In this document: in pieces, positions 1 to 11,476 of the stretch
How the letters are laid out: each line of letters starts with the position of its first letter
Position numbering within the stretch: the stretch's first letter is position 1
NCBI GenBank assembly: GCA_013115125.1
Contig: JABANN010000037.1
Coordinates: forward strand, 62,001-111,271
DNA: 49,271 nt
Source of the DNA: Perkinsus olseni
Taxonomy: Eukaryota
Direction: 5' to 3'
Made by a program: the position numbers and the translations under genes
The notes under the pieces: generated by a model
What the model was told of the DNA's origin: nothing
Databases searched by the model: none
Seen by the model: only the letters and a program-made list of their open reading frames with translations

Positions 1-1744
1 GAACTCGACCTCACCGCCTACCTCCCTCTATACTTCGACTTGAGACCTTCAATGATCTCAGCCACCAGTTCAACACTGAAGGCACTGGCAGCCCCAGAAG
101 ACATCGATAGACCCCCAAAAGGGCTGTTGGTGGTGGGGTCACCCACACCCGCGACCATATGACCTGCAACAGGTAGCAAAGACAACTCCGCCGAAGAGTC
201 TGTGGGATCGCTGGTTCTCACCCGAGATGGCGAGCTCCTCGAGTGCTCTCAACAGCACAGACAACACTGGCAGCTGCTCGAAGACCGTCTCGTTCAGGTA
301 CTTCCGGAGCCTGGCGAAATGGGAACGGTACGAGAGCGTGCACTCACACCCTAGAAGATGTCACCTCAACAGATTGTCTACGCGGCACTGGGAGTCTAAT
401 GAGTACTGCTGACGGCAGACTGGGTCCATGAGGAGCTGATAGATAGATAACCACACTTGGCCCTAAATCGGTAGCAGCAGTCTCCTACAATGAAACGGGG
501 CACCGGGGTAGCATACCTGCGCCTTTGGCATTCTCACCGACGCAGATGCGTCGTTCATCGGCTTCCAAATATTGTCCTCGAACTTCTCCACCGCGCCACC
601 CGGAGTCTTTCTGATCCACGGAGCTACCTGTACCACAACGATGAACGATGAACGATGAACGATGAACGATGAAGACTTTAGATGGTAGAGACGTTACTAC
701 CTCTAGTAGAGGGACCAACGTCATGAGTATGTCGTGGGTTTCGAGTAGCCTGGTAGTAAGCGTTAGTGGGCAGTGGGCACGATGCTCACAGAGGAAGCGA
801 ACGATGGACAGGGCGCACATACACACCTGTAACAGCGGAGACACCATCAGACTTGCCCGGGGCCCACTTGGAACTCGATCTCGTCGTATTGGGAATCTAA
901 AACCTCCTCATCAGTCTGGGCGATGAGCCGTTGACGGCGATTCTCCGGGGTCTCTTCAGCCAGCCTCAGAGATCTGCAGCAGCAACCCCCAACACATCTT
1001 TTAACCCTCCAGGGCAGCTCACTGTTTAGCGCGCTTCGCGTGCAGCTCCAAGAACCCTGCCAGCTTCGAAGAACAGTAGTCAACCTGATGGGGGCATGAA
1101 GACCTTATTCCCGCTTGTTTGTTACTAGGTCAACCGTGGTGTCCCCAGCGGCCTCAACCCCATCCTGGTGGAAAAGGAAGACCTGAGCGTGGATGAGGGC
1201 ACAATGGCGGTCAGGGGGCGTTGACCTCAAGAAGGTTGATGACAGTCGCTTCATGGTACAACGGGACGTAGTTCCGTAGAGAGGACAGCTTGGCCAACTT
1301 GGAAGATATCAGAGGATACACCCGAGTTTTCCAGGTCCATACCAGAATCAATTCTCCTGAGAACACGACGAAAACCCTTAGCACAGCTCGCCTTATGGAA
1401 GCCGACGCTTCCCATTTTGATGAGAACCTCTCCTCAGTGAGAGTAAGACTTCACAGCATTTCCCACCTATGAGGTCCTTGATGCGATCCTCTCGCACGAA
1501 TAAGTCCTTAATGAACTCGTCAGTGCCATCCACAGCCTGGGAATGGGCTTCCTTATTCAACCTCTCTAGGACGGCATGGTTCTCCAACCACTCAGTTGTG
1601 CCTATCTCCTCCAAGGCCCATGACGATGGACCTGATTATCCCCTGCGAACTGCTAGGTACAGTGAGCCCCTTACCGAGCTTAAGGTGCGTGACTAGATGC
1701 TCCGCTTCACATTGTGAGAGCGGGAATTGACTCTCATCGATCAT
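1..1744 (-). CDS. ZMYND10: ZMYND10/BLU-like axonemal dynein assembly factor, multi-exon; 3' end runs off the window start
   Basis: Spliced peptides MIDESQFPLSQCEAEHLVTHLK, EEIGTTEWLENHAVLERLNKEAHSQAVDGTDEFIKDLF, VWTWKTRVYPLI, LYHEATVINLLEV, TRLLETHDILMTLVPL and KYLNETVFEQLPVL match the recalled ZMYND10 N-terminal domain. ATG at 1744; short GT-AG introns; MYND finger not in window. Confidence 0.85.
637..673. repeat. 7-bp tandem repeat (AACGATG)x5 inside a ZMYND10 intron
   Basis: Read directly from the sequence. Confidence 0.9.
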
Positions 1745-1919
1745 CAGCGCTGAGTCAGAGGTGAAGTTGCCAACTTCAGTTATCATTGCCACGGAAGCGA
1801 GATGGAATCCCTATGAGGACCTCGACATAAACGTGCGATGATATCCTAAGAGTTCCGCCGGCTTAGCAACACCCCGATAGGATGACAGCTCTCCGGTTAG
1901 AGCCATCTTGAAGATTCCA

Positions 1920-2381
1920 ATGGACTCAGTCTATCGGCATGATGGAGAACCGAAATCCAAGCGCAGTGCGAATCCACCAGATTTAGACCACCCACATCCC
2001 GGAATAGTAACGCAATCTTCCAACCCATGGTCGAGTTCACCTACGCATTGCTAGCTGTGTACCTACTTACGGACTCGACTATCGCCTATAGTAATGCCCA
2101 GTGGCTCTTGCGAATTTTCACTGCCACCCTGAGGCGCGCATTGCCGATGCCGTCTACAACCTATGGCCCCAGTGCCGTCTATAACATGACTCAGAACGCA
2201 AACCATCATGGTAATCGAGGAACTCAATGGAAGTATTTGTGACAAGAGCATTCGGACCGACACCAGCGTAGTGGTAATGCAAGATGGCACCAAACCCTTC
2301 GCAAGGCTGGGTGCCTTCGATGCTGCTGCTACTGCCATCATTGGTGGAGTCCGAGTCTGGGACAAGATACTTGAACGTTGA
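1920..2381 (+). CDS. possible small multi-exon hypothetical protein
   Basis: Open last-exon-like frame IMVIEELNGSICDKSIRTDTSVVVMQDGTKPFARLGAFDAAATAIIGGVRVWDKILER* ending at 2381. Upstream exons unresolved. Confidence 0.3.
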
Positions 2382-2646
2382 TAGCGTTGAAGTATGTTAT
2401 TTATTACAGAAAAAAGTACTCGTACGTCTTTAGTCGAGTACAGGAGACAAGTAGCGGTCAGAGGGACTCGTCAAGGGACAAGCCACAACCAGACCGCAGA
2501 ATAACAAGTCAAAAGAACCACAGCCGGCTCGACTCACCAGTGAAAACCCACTGTAAGCCGACCAGCTGGCAAAAGAACAATTTTGGTTCACTCACGAAGA
2601 TTCGACGGATGGCCCGCCATCGAAGAGGCAATATACGCACGAGCAG

Positions 2647-5133
2647 TTACGCACCAGTGTTCGCAGGCGCCTCAGGTTCGGCTTCTGAACTCTGAGAATC
2701 TCCCTGCTCAATCGAGCACTTGCTGGCCACTTCCTTCTCGCCGTACTTGATCTGCTTCCGTCTCTCCCATCCAAGCCAGCCGATAATAAGGGCTGCTATG
2801 AAGAATATGATCGCAATAGCGATGAGGCCACCCATAAGACCATTGAACATGCCAGGAGCTGCTTGCTCGACCTTCATCGTATCAAGCTGGAAGGGGAACG
2901 CCTTCTGATGCTTGTTCAGCCAAAAGGACGGTATGAGGCAGTCTTGGGTCATCTCGCCGGTCTTACCATTCGCCGTAGGAGGGAATCTAACATTCATCTG
3001 CAACTTCTCCTGTCCGTTGACAAAGGCACCCGATATTGGCTCAGTCCAGACGTTGATGCGGAAGTCGCGGTCGCCTTCACAGTTAGGATCGCCGCTGCAG
3101 GAGAGGATGTTCACACGATCACCGGGATAGTAGTTTTGGGACCTCGAGGATGATCCATTGACGATATCGAAATGAGGTAGAGAGGCATAGACCGGGACCA
3201 TGACAGAGGCCGGGTCGGGGGAGGCAAAGTATCCAAGGTTGAAGCTCAGGTAAGGCGAGTCACAGTCGATACCCTGGGAGTCGTGAGGATTCGAACCATC
3301 GCAATTTTCGTTGCGGAAGTCGATGTCGGACAAAGTCCACTTGTCTACCTTGGCACCATCCCAATCAGCATCCACCTCAATGTTCTTCAGAGTCGCTGCC
3401 GAGAAGATCTGCCCCACGAACAGCCTGGCCAGGGCGTCCTTTTTGTGATACTCGTCCGTCCCCTTGCCGTTCAGAGTACCGGGGAAGAACTTGGCATCCC
3501 AACCAGCAACGTAGTTAGGAGTGCAGACGTCGTTAGCAGTACAAGTACCATCCTTCTTGAAGGAGTCCTGGGCCATACAGTCACGATCAAAGGCACAGTT
3601 CTGAGTCTGACCATTATACATCTTGAAGTAATCCAAACCCTTCCAATCCGGAATCTTACTACTACGGTACTGCTCGGTAGGGGCACCATTGATCACGGGC
3701 TTAGCAACGCCCATGGACACCGCCTGGCCGCTGAACTTGTCCGTGAAAGCCTCGTTGTCCCAACCAAGAAGCTGAGCTACTGACATCTTTATGAACCTAG
3801 GATAGAATTCATAGTCAGCATCGTAGCTTTTGCTGGAGGGATCCGTGTAGGGGAAGAGAGTGTGGCGCATAGTGTCGTAGTTGGACAGACCATAGGAGCC
3901 GGCGTAGTTCAATTGGTCGTGCCAAGCCTCGATCTCAGAGGGCTTCAGAGTCATCTCCAACACCTTCATCGCAACTACAGCACCGGTAGTATCCGTGAAG
4001 TTGGTGTTCATCATGAAATTGAAGATTTTGTTCTTGGAAGTCTCCGAGAAAGTACCATTAATTTTCTTCTCAAGGTCCACATCGGCCTGGCTATCGGGGT
4101 TGAACTTGCAGCTGTGGTTGGCGTCTTGCTTGGCCACACAACCAAAGGCGTAGGCGAAGTAGTCGATGGCCATACTGGATGGTGGTAGCATGCTGGAAAC
4201 GTCCAAACCACCCGCCAAGGGGGCCAGTTTGGTGCCCAGAGCCTGCATATTTATCTCGCCATCATCGAGCATACGAGTTAGACCAGCATCGAAGTACTGT
4301 GACTGGATGGCCGCCTCTATACTACCGAACTGGGCTTTGATGAGGTTGGACACCATTGCAGGAGCCAACTTCATCATACCCGTTACAGTTTTGGCCAATT
4401 CCTGATAGGTTCCGCAGGTCCCGAGCATCTGCAGCATCTCCATGGTACTCACAGTATGACCCATTTCAGTGATCGTACTCAGAAGGGCCAGGTTGGGGAC
4501 GATGACCTTCTGCTGTAACAGGGCAGTCTCATCCTTATCGGCGAAGACAAAGGTGTTGGTCTCATTCCAGTGAGCAATACCCTCATTGTTCCACTTGTCA
4601 ACATCAACCGAAGCTTCGATACGCTCGGAAGTCTGAGCAGCGTGGACAGGACGCAGCTCCTGCACAACAGGCTTGGCGCCGTTCTTGAGGATCTCTGCTG
4701 GGTTGGTGACGTTGAAGGCGTAGAAATCGTACGGCATACCCCTCAGGCACATATCAGGCTTCACACATCCATCCTTGGAAGCGTCACACCAACCAGATGA
4801 AGCTGCCACTGCAGCATTCGAGGGTGAACTCGACGACAAACACGTTTCCCTGGCTTCAGTCGAGTTCATAAGCCAGGCCTGATAGGCCAGTCCAGGGCAA
4901 GTAGCATCACCCACGAACATGTTAGAGCAATCGGTCGTCTGATAGGTATTGTCGATGAAGCGCATGGCATCCACTCCATTAGTGTACTGATCCTCGTAAG
5001 TGGTCTTAACCAGAATGGCAAAGATGATGGCAACAATGCAGATGGCCGCGGAGATGGCGGTGAGGATCCAGTAGACCCAAGGGTTGCACTTTATCGGGCA
5101 ACGGCCATTGCAGTTGTACCAACGTGGCTTCAT
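2647..5133 (-). CDS. CD36 / scavenger receptor class B (LIMP-like) protein, intronless, 828 aa
   Basis: N- and C-terminal TM helices flank a large ectodomain. CD36 hallmarks: FYAFNVTNPAEILKNGAKPVVQE, VPVYASLPHF and TEPISGAFVNGQEKLQMNV. Confidence 0.85.
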   Translation of the reverse strand: MKPRWYNCNGRCPIKCNPWVYWILTAISAAICIVAIIFAILVKTTYEDQYTNGVDAMRFIDNTYQTTDCSNMFVGDATCPGLAYQAWLMNSTEARETCLSSSSPSNAAVAASSGWCDASKDGCVKPDMCLRGMPYDFYAFNVTNPAEILKNGAKPVVQELRPVHAAQTSERIEASVDVDKWNNEGIAHWNETNTFVFADKDETALLQQKVIVPNLALLSTITEMGHTVSTMEMLQMLGTCGTYQELAKTVTGMMKLAPAMVSNLIKAQFGSIEAAIQSQYFDAGLTRMLDDGEINMQALGTKLAPLAGGLDVSSMLPPSSMAIDYFAYAFGCVAKQDANHSCKFNPDSQADVDLEKKINGTFSETSKNKIFNFMMNTNFTDTTGAVVAMKVLEMTLKPSEIEAWHDQLNYAGSYGLSNYDTMRHTLFPYTDPSSKSYDADYEFYPRFIKMSVAQLLGWDNEAFTDKFSGQAVSMGVAKPVINGAPTEQYRSSKIPDWKGLDYFKMYNGQTQNCAFDRDCMAQDSFKKDGTCTANDVCTPNYVAGWDAKFFPGTLNGKGTDEYHKKDALARLFVGQIFSAATLKNIEVDADWDGAKVDKWTLSDIDFRNENCDGSNPHDSQGIDCDSPYLSFNLGYFASPDPASVMVPVYASLPHFDIVNGSSSRSQNYYPGDRVNILSCSGDPNCEGDRDFRINVWTEPISGAFVNGQEKLQMNVRFPPTANGKTGEMTQDCLIPSFWLNKHQKAFPFQLDTMKVEQAAPGMFNGLMGGLIAIAIIFFIAALIIGWLGWERRKQIKYGEKEVASKCSIEQGDSQSSEAEPEAPANTGA

Positions 5134-5804
5134 CTCGGGGATAATCCCACCAAAACTAGGAAAACTAACAAACGAGCAGTTACTCCCCAGACGAGATCTC
5201 TCTGCGACTCTTGTGCACTTCGCGGAGGACCCGGCTAGGGCCGAGGGAACACTAGCCTAGCTGCCACCATGGCATACCGCACCTGCTACTGATGGGAATT
5301 GTGGAACGCCACGGTAACGCGATTATGATCTAGCGCCCTTGGCCTTGCAGAGAGATATGCTAGGCAGGTTCGAATCAAAGTCGAAATTTTCTGTTTGCAA
5401 GGCCCTGGGATTGAACCCGCGTACGTAGGGGACAGACCCTGTTAGCTGACACAATGACCACCGCCTCCCGTTTAATATTACACTGTGCTCCCATGAAGGC
5501 ATCTAGAAGGAACCGTAGCAAGCATAGACCGCTGATGACATGGAATCGAGGCCGACAATGAATGAGGAAAGGCATGAGTATTTGCCTACTGTTGAACGCC
5601 ATAAACCAAGGCAAGACAGAGAGCCTTAGGGTAGACTGTGGACCACAGTCTGTGGGCGCGAAGGCCACCACAACGATTTCTACGACCCGCGTAGTGCACG
5701 ATATCGGCTGATAGGCGCGAGAACATCAGCAGCAAGCTAGTTTCGTATAACACCAGCATGATAACGAGCCAAGGCCAGCCCCTAGGATAGCCGAGATCGC
5801 GAGA

Positions 5805-5877
5805 GTTGGATAGGTTAAAAAGGTTGAACTTCGCTCTGTTATCCGCGAGGTTGTCGGTTCGAATCCATCATCCTGCA
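5805..5877 (+). pseudogene. degenerate tRNA-Asn(GTT)-like sequence
   Basis: 73-nt cloverleaf spacing. Acceptor GTTGGAT/ATCCTGC pairs 6/7; D-loop has GG; anticodon loop CT-GTT-AT; variable arm AGGTT; T-loop GGTTCGAATCC. Anticodon and T stems are mismatched and position 8 is A. Confidence 0.4.
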
Positions 5878-6406
5878 TCACGCCGTCGCATAACTATTAG
5901 TTGTACCGGTTTGGCATGTTGGTTCTGTAGTGTCGCGTGGAGGTTCAGTGACTATCCTCCTCTGTTGAACGATCCCGCCTCGCCATGTGACCCAAAATCC
6001 CCACTGAAGAACTCGATACATGTGACATCATTCGAAGAAAAAATCGGCCATTAAGACCAGGGGAGTGGGTTGATGAGTTCAAGACGCCAACTCATTTTAA
6101 CCTCGATACTGCGGTTGGAAAAATATGACGCCAAGTACACCGCGATGAGGTATCCCAAGCGATACTGGACCAAGTGACAATATTCCAATGCTTCAACAAC
6201 CAGTCCGACCAAATATACAAGGTGCATACTTAGCAAGAGGCAGCGGCTGTCCGACAGCCTCTTCTCTGAAACCCATCCTAAGCGAAAGCGGGCCCCGAGA
6301 GGTACGGTAAAAATATCTATCATAACGACTTACGCTAGGGGTAACATTATAGTTGACAGAAGACAATAGCTAGTCTCTGTCTACGTAATCGACTGGTAAC
6401 GACATT

Positions 6407-8827
6407 TTACTTGGCAACAGCAGCCGCTTCTACAGACGCCGCGAGAAGCGCTTTACGCCTTCTCCAACCGAGGAAAGCGAGTATGACAGCACAGATGACT
6501 AATACTACACCGACAGCGATCAAGATCCCCATAAGAACGTTGAATAGAGTTGATCCCGACTGAATCTTCTTTACACTATCCAGTTGAAACCCGAATGCCG
6601 TCTGATGCTTGTTCAACCAGAAGGCAGGCATGAGCAGCTCTTCAGTCATTCCACCGGTCTCACCGTTGGCAGTGGGAGGGAAGGCGATGTTCAGCTGCAG
6701 CCTCTGTTGACCATTAAGCAAAGCGCCAGATATGGGCTCAGTATAGATCTCGACTGTAAAGTCTCTGGTACCCTCGCACTCAGCGTCTCCAGTACATGAT
6801 ACGATAGACACACGATCCCCAGGATGATAGTTTTCACGGGAGGATGACCCAGCCACCAAGGTGAAGTGCGGCAGCGAGGCGTAAACCGGTACGCGAGTGG
6901 TGGTCGGGTCCGGTGACGAAAAATAACCAAGGTTGAAGGTCCCACGAGGGGAGTCACAATCGATGCCTGGTGAGCCGCTACCCTCAGAACCGTCGCAGTT
7001 CTCTGTGCGGAAGTCGATATCCGCCAACGTCCACCTGTCCACCTTAACACCCCGCCAGTCGAAGTCAATCTCGACATTTTTCAGGGTTGCCGCCGAGAAT
7101 ATCTGCCCGACGAACAACCTGGCTTCAGCATTGACCTTGTGGTACTCGTCCGTCCCCTTGCCGTTCAAGGTACCAGGAATGAACTTGGCGTCCCAACCAG
7201 CAGCGTAGTTGGGAGTGCAGGCTGCGTTCGCAGTACAGGTGCGGTCCGCCTTGAATGAGTCCTGGGCCATACAGTCACGATCAAAAGCACAGTTCTGAGT
7301 CTGACCATTATACATCTTGAAGTAGTCCAAACCCTTCCAGTCCGGAATTTTACTACTACGGTACTGCTCGGTAGGGGCACCATTGATCACCGGCTTAGCA
7401 AAACCAAGGGTAATTGGCAGACCCGTGAACCTGTCCCTAAAAGCCTGATTATCCCAGCCCAGCATCTGCCCAACCGTCATCTTGATGAACCTTGGATAAA
7501 ACTCGTAGTCAGGGTCGTACGCGGGACTACTCTTATTAGTATAAGGGAACAGCGTGTTCCTCATAGTGTCATAGTTGGCCAGACCGTAAGAGCCAGCATA
7601 GTTGAGTTGAGCGATCCAAGCAGCGGCCTCAGATGGCGACAAGGAGCCTTTCTGCAAGAGTATCAGTTGCGTAGCCGCACCGGTAGTATCCGAGAAATTA
7701 GTGTCCATGATGAAGTTGAAGATGAGATCTTTAGAAGTCTCCGAGAAAGTACCATTAATTTTCTTCTCAAGGTCCACATCGGCCTGGCTATCGGGGTTGA
7801 ACTTGCAGCTGTGGTTGGCGTCTTGCTTGGCCACACAACCAAAAGCGTAGGCGAAGTAATCGATGGCCATACTGGATGGCGGTAGCATCGAAAGGTCCAG
7901 CTCGGGGACGACAATCTTCAGTTGCGGTCCAATGGCTTCCACATTGATCTCTTGGTTCCCCAAAAACCTGGTCAATCCCGCATCGAAGTACTGAGCCTTC
8001 ATCGCTGATCTTGTATCACCGAAAGTGTTATTGATAATGCCTTCTATCGCCGGGGCGGTCTTGGCCAAAGTGATGACCAGGTTGGCCAACTGTTGGTAAG
8101 TCCCGCAAAGCCCCAGCATCTGGAGAGTCTCCATAGTGTTCAGCTGCTGACCGGCCTGTGTCACAGTACTGAGTAGACCAACGTGGGGCACGATGACCTT
8201 CTGCTGTAGCAGGTTGGTCTCATCCTTATCGGCGAAGACAAAGGTGTTGGTGTCATTCCAGTGAGCAATACCCTCATTGTTCCACTTGTCAACATCAACA
8301 GAGGCTTCGATACGCTGCTGAGTCTGAGCAGCATGGACAGGACGCAGCTCCTGCACAACAGGCTTGGCGCCGTTCTTGAGGACCTCTGCTGGGTTGGTGA
8401 CGTTGAAGGCGTAAAAATCATGGGGCACGCCCCTTAGGCAAACATCAGGCTTCACGCATCCATCCTTTGAAGTATCGCACCAACCAGAGGCCGATTCCAG
8501 CGGCTTCGTCGCCGGCGTACTCGAACTGAGGCAAATATCTCTGGCGTCAGTCGAGTTCACAAGCCAGGCCTGATAGGCCAGCCCAGAGCAGGTAGCATCA
8601 CCCACGAACATGTTAGAGCAGTCAGTGGTCTGGAAGGTGTTGTCGATGAAGCGTGCTTTGTTGACACCATCAATTAGCTGGGCTTCGAATAGGGTCTTGG
8701 ACAGAATGGCGAAGACGATTGCCACTATGGCGAAGACAAGGCATACTATTGCCAAGATGAAGTACACCCAAGGGTTGCACTGAGGGGGACAGCGGCCACC
8801 ACAGGTGTACCACGCTGCTTGTTTCAT
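6407..8827 (-). CDS. CD36 / scavenger receptor class B protein, tandem paralog, intronless, 806 aa
   Basis: Same two-TM topology and motifs (FYAFNVTNPAEVLKNGAKP, PVYASLPHF, TEPISGALLNGQQRLQLNI). Colinear with 2647-5133. Confidence 0.85.
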   Translation of the reverse strand: MKQAAWYTCGGRCPPQCNPWVYFILAIVCLVFAIVAIVFAILSKTLFEAQLIDGVNKARFIDNTFQTTDCSNMFVGDATCSGLAYQAWLVNSTDARDICLSSSTPATKPLESASGWCDTSKDGCVKPDVCLRGVPHDFYAFNVTNPAEVLKNGAKPVVQELRPVHAAQTQQRIEASVDVDKWNNEGIAHWNDTNTFVFADKDETNLLQQKVIVPHVGLLSTVTQAGQQLNTMETLQMLGLCGTYQQLANLVITLAKTAPAIEGIINNTFGDTRSAMKAQYFDAGLTRFLGNQEINVEAIGPQLKIVVPELDLSMLPPSSMAIDYFAYAFGCVAKQDANHSCKFNPDSQADVDLEKKINGTFSETSKDLIFNFIMDTNFSDTTGAATQLILLQKGSLSPSEAAAWIAQLNYAGSYGLANYDTMRNTLFPYTNKSSPAYDPDYEFYPRFIKMTVGQMLGWDNQAFRDRFTGLPITLGFAKPVINGAPTEQYRSSKIPDWKGLDYFKMYNGQTQNCAFDRDCMAQDSFKADRTCTANAACTPNYAAGWDAKFIPGTLNGKGTDEYHKVNAEARLFVGQIFSAATLKNVEIDFDWRGVKVDRWTLADIDFRTENCDGSEGSGSPGIDCDSPRGTFNLGYFSSPDPTTTRVPVYASLPHFTLVAGSSSRENYHPGDRVSIVSCTGDAECEGTRDFTVEIYTEPISGALLNGQQRLQLNIAFPPTANGETGGMTEELLMPAFWLNKHQTAFGFQLDSVKKIQSGSTLFNVLMGILIAVGVVLVICAVILAFLGWRRRKALLAASVEAAAVAK

Positions 8828-9503
8828 ATACGAATATCAACAACAACAACAACAACACGTCTGCGAGCCACTTGCCCACACGTGATATCGTGAAAGTGAT
8901 TTTTCGATCTACTTCTATCGCCACCGCGTCAGAAAAGAATGCCACGCTCGACAGCGCGGAAGACTGAGAGCTAAAACCTTTCCGGTGCGTGCTCCCTAAG
9001 AGTTAGCGCCCCAGTAGGTAATAGCTGACAGTGTCAGCCTGACACTCGAGCACGTCCGGACCGCAGGTATAATATGTTTTGCGCCGTTCTGAACTAACAA
9101 AATCCACTATTTCCCAATTCGTTGCTAACATACGATCGCTCCTCTCGCATGCTCCGGCCTGGCCGAGAGGCCTCATACCTCAATCACTCAGCATGTGCGT
9201 ACATGTGTGACGCGAGTGCATCGTCACCCTCGTCATTTCTGCTACGCCATTGCGATCGATTTGTATGCAAACAACCAGACGCGCAGTAGTGAAGCAAGGT
9301 CGGACTGCTAATGGGAGGAAACGTTGACAATTGAAGGGCTATTCACGAAGCTGCTGTATCAACGGATGGACGGACGCCCTCACAGAACTATTTGAAAAAA
9401 TCGGTCGAACTGGCAATGGCTGTGGTGTTTCGCCGTCGAAGAAAAGGCAAAAAATGGACTGGGCAGTTATTCTGTTTTCCTCCTCCTTCTTCTTACACGT
9501 ATA

Positions 9504-11476
9504 ATGAGTTCTGTCGAGGATTCCAATGAAGCCGCGATTGAGCAATGGAAGATCCGGAGGTTGATCAAAAGTTTGGAGGCGGCTCGAGGGAATGGTAGTT
9601 CCCCGCGACGAGTGGTCAGCAGGGCGAGGGAGCACACACTCCGCCAGGTACCTCGATGATCTCATTGATCATCCCTCCCAAGACGCAGGTTGCTCAGATG
9701 CAGAAGATGCTTGCGGAGGAGTATTATTATTACTTTCAGTACTCTACCATTATTCGCCCACTAACAGGTACGGTACGGCGTCCAATATCAAATCACGTGT
9801 AAACAGATTGTCTGTTCTTTCGGCTATTACGTCCACCCAGCAGCGCCTCAAATTGTAAGCTCCACCGCTCAGTCGTCGTAGTGCACTTCGCCTGCTGCCC
9901 TCGTCCTAGGTACAATAGAACCCCACCTAATGGTTTGGTACTCTACTGTGGTACTGTCCTTACTGATGATGGTAAGGAGAAGCAGGTAACCATCGACTTC
10001 GAGCCCTTCAAGCCGATCAATACCAAATTGTGAGCAAATCATCACCACCATCACCGTCGCATAGGGTGGGTTCAGGTATTTGTGTGATAACAAATTTCAC
10101 ACGGAAGATCTGAAGCAGCTGTTGGAGTCGGACGATAAGTTTGGATTCTTGGTCATGGATGGTAATGGAAGTCTCTTCGGTACTGTACAAGTAATAAAGA
10201 CGGGTCATGCTGTTCCCTTGCCCCGGGACTAGCGGCTGTCGCTCTCTTCAGGGGTCGAACCGAGAAGTACTCTACAAGTTCTCGGTGGATCTTCCCAAGA
10301 AGCACGGCAGAGGTGGTCAGTCATCCATGCGTTTCGCACGATTGAGGCTTGAAAAGCGACATAACTATCTCACCAAGGTAGACCCTCTCCACCACCACCG
10401 CCGTCCGACCCACCTCTCCTCCTCCCCATTAGGTTGCCGAGCTGTTAACCCAGCATTTTATCACCAACGATAGGCCTAACATCGCTGGACTGGTACGTAC
10501 CATTGGCGCCTTTCTCTTTACCACAACCATCCGTGTCATCAGGTCCTGGCAGGATCTGCTGAATTCAAGAACGATTTGGCCAACTCGCAGTTCTTCGATC
10601 CCCGTTTGGCAGCTATCCTCATCAAGGTTGTGGACGTCAGGTGATGCAGTCTAATAACCGTTTCGGGAGTTGAGAATTTCTTGGCAGTTATGGCGGAGAG
10701 AATGGCTTCAACCAGGCTATTGAGCTCGCCTCTGACACCTTGAAGAACGTTAAATTCATCCAGGAGAAGAAACTTATCACTAAGTAATACTCGCTTGGGC
10801 GTCCAGCAGACTCGATCAGCGAACGACTCAGGTACTTCGAGGAAGTTGCCCAGGATACCGGCAAGGTCTGCTTTGGTATTGACGATACACTTAAGGTGGG
10901 CACTCTGAACGATCTCCTCGATCACCGTGTCACCGTCCTTTTGCTCAGTGCTTGGATATGGGTGCCGTCGAGACCCTCATTGTGTTTGAGAATCTCGCCA
11001 TTAATCGTTATCATATCCGAAACCCTCATACGGACACTGAGGATGTTCTATACCTCACACCCGAACAGTAGGATAATCATCATGACCTTCACCAGCAGCA
11101 GCACAGCCTTATTGCTATCATTTAGGGAGGTGCAGGAAAGCTACTTCCGAGACCCCGATACTGGTGTAGAGCTCACAGTGGTGGAAAAGATGCCCATCAC
11201 TGAGTGGCTGGTCAACAACTACAAGAACTTCGGAGTCAGCCATATCATCTTTCCTTCCCTTTACCATGGGTGCTTTCCCTCAGGCCAAGTTGGATTTCGT
11301 AACGGACAAGAGTGAGGAGGGTGCCCAGTTCGTCCGCGGCTTCGGTGGCATCGGCGGCCTCTTGCGGTAGTAGACCCACGGCGGCCGCTAGCGTGATGGT
11401 GATTCTCATCAGTTACGCTGTTCAACTGGAAGCACTCGAGGAGTGGGATGGTGACTCCGATGATGACTTCATGTAA
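9504..11476 (+). CDS. eRF1: eukaryotic peptide chain release factor 1, about 14 exons
   Basis: Spliced protein [37 protein letters not shown]...TASNIKS...YLCDNKF...KKHGRGGQS...[10 protein letters not shown]...DDDFM*. Thirteen GT-AG introns restore the frame. Confidence 0.97.

Noticed and set aside
9024-9038. Inverted repeat GCTGACA-G-TGTCAGC between the divergent CD36 and eRF1 genes
   Set aside because: A single 7-bp-arm palindrome is expected by chance in 49 kb and has no supporting recurrence.
9504-11476. Variant genetic code or stop-codon reassignment suggested by fragmented ORFs
   Set aside because: Stops fall within GT-AG introns. eRF1 has canonical GTS, TASNIKS and YxCxxxF motifs, and genes end in TAA, TAG and TGA.
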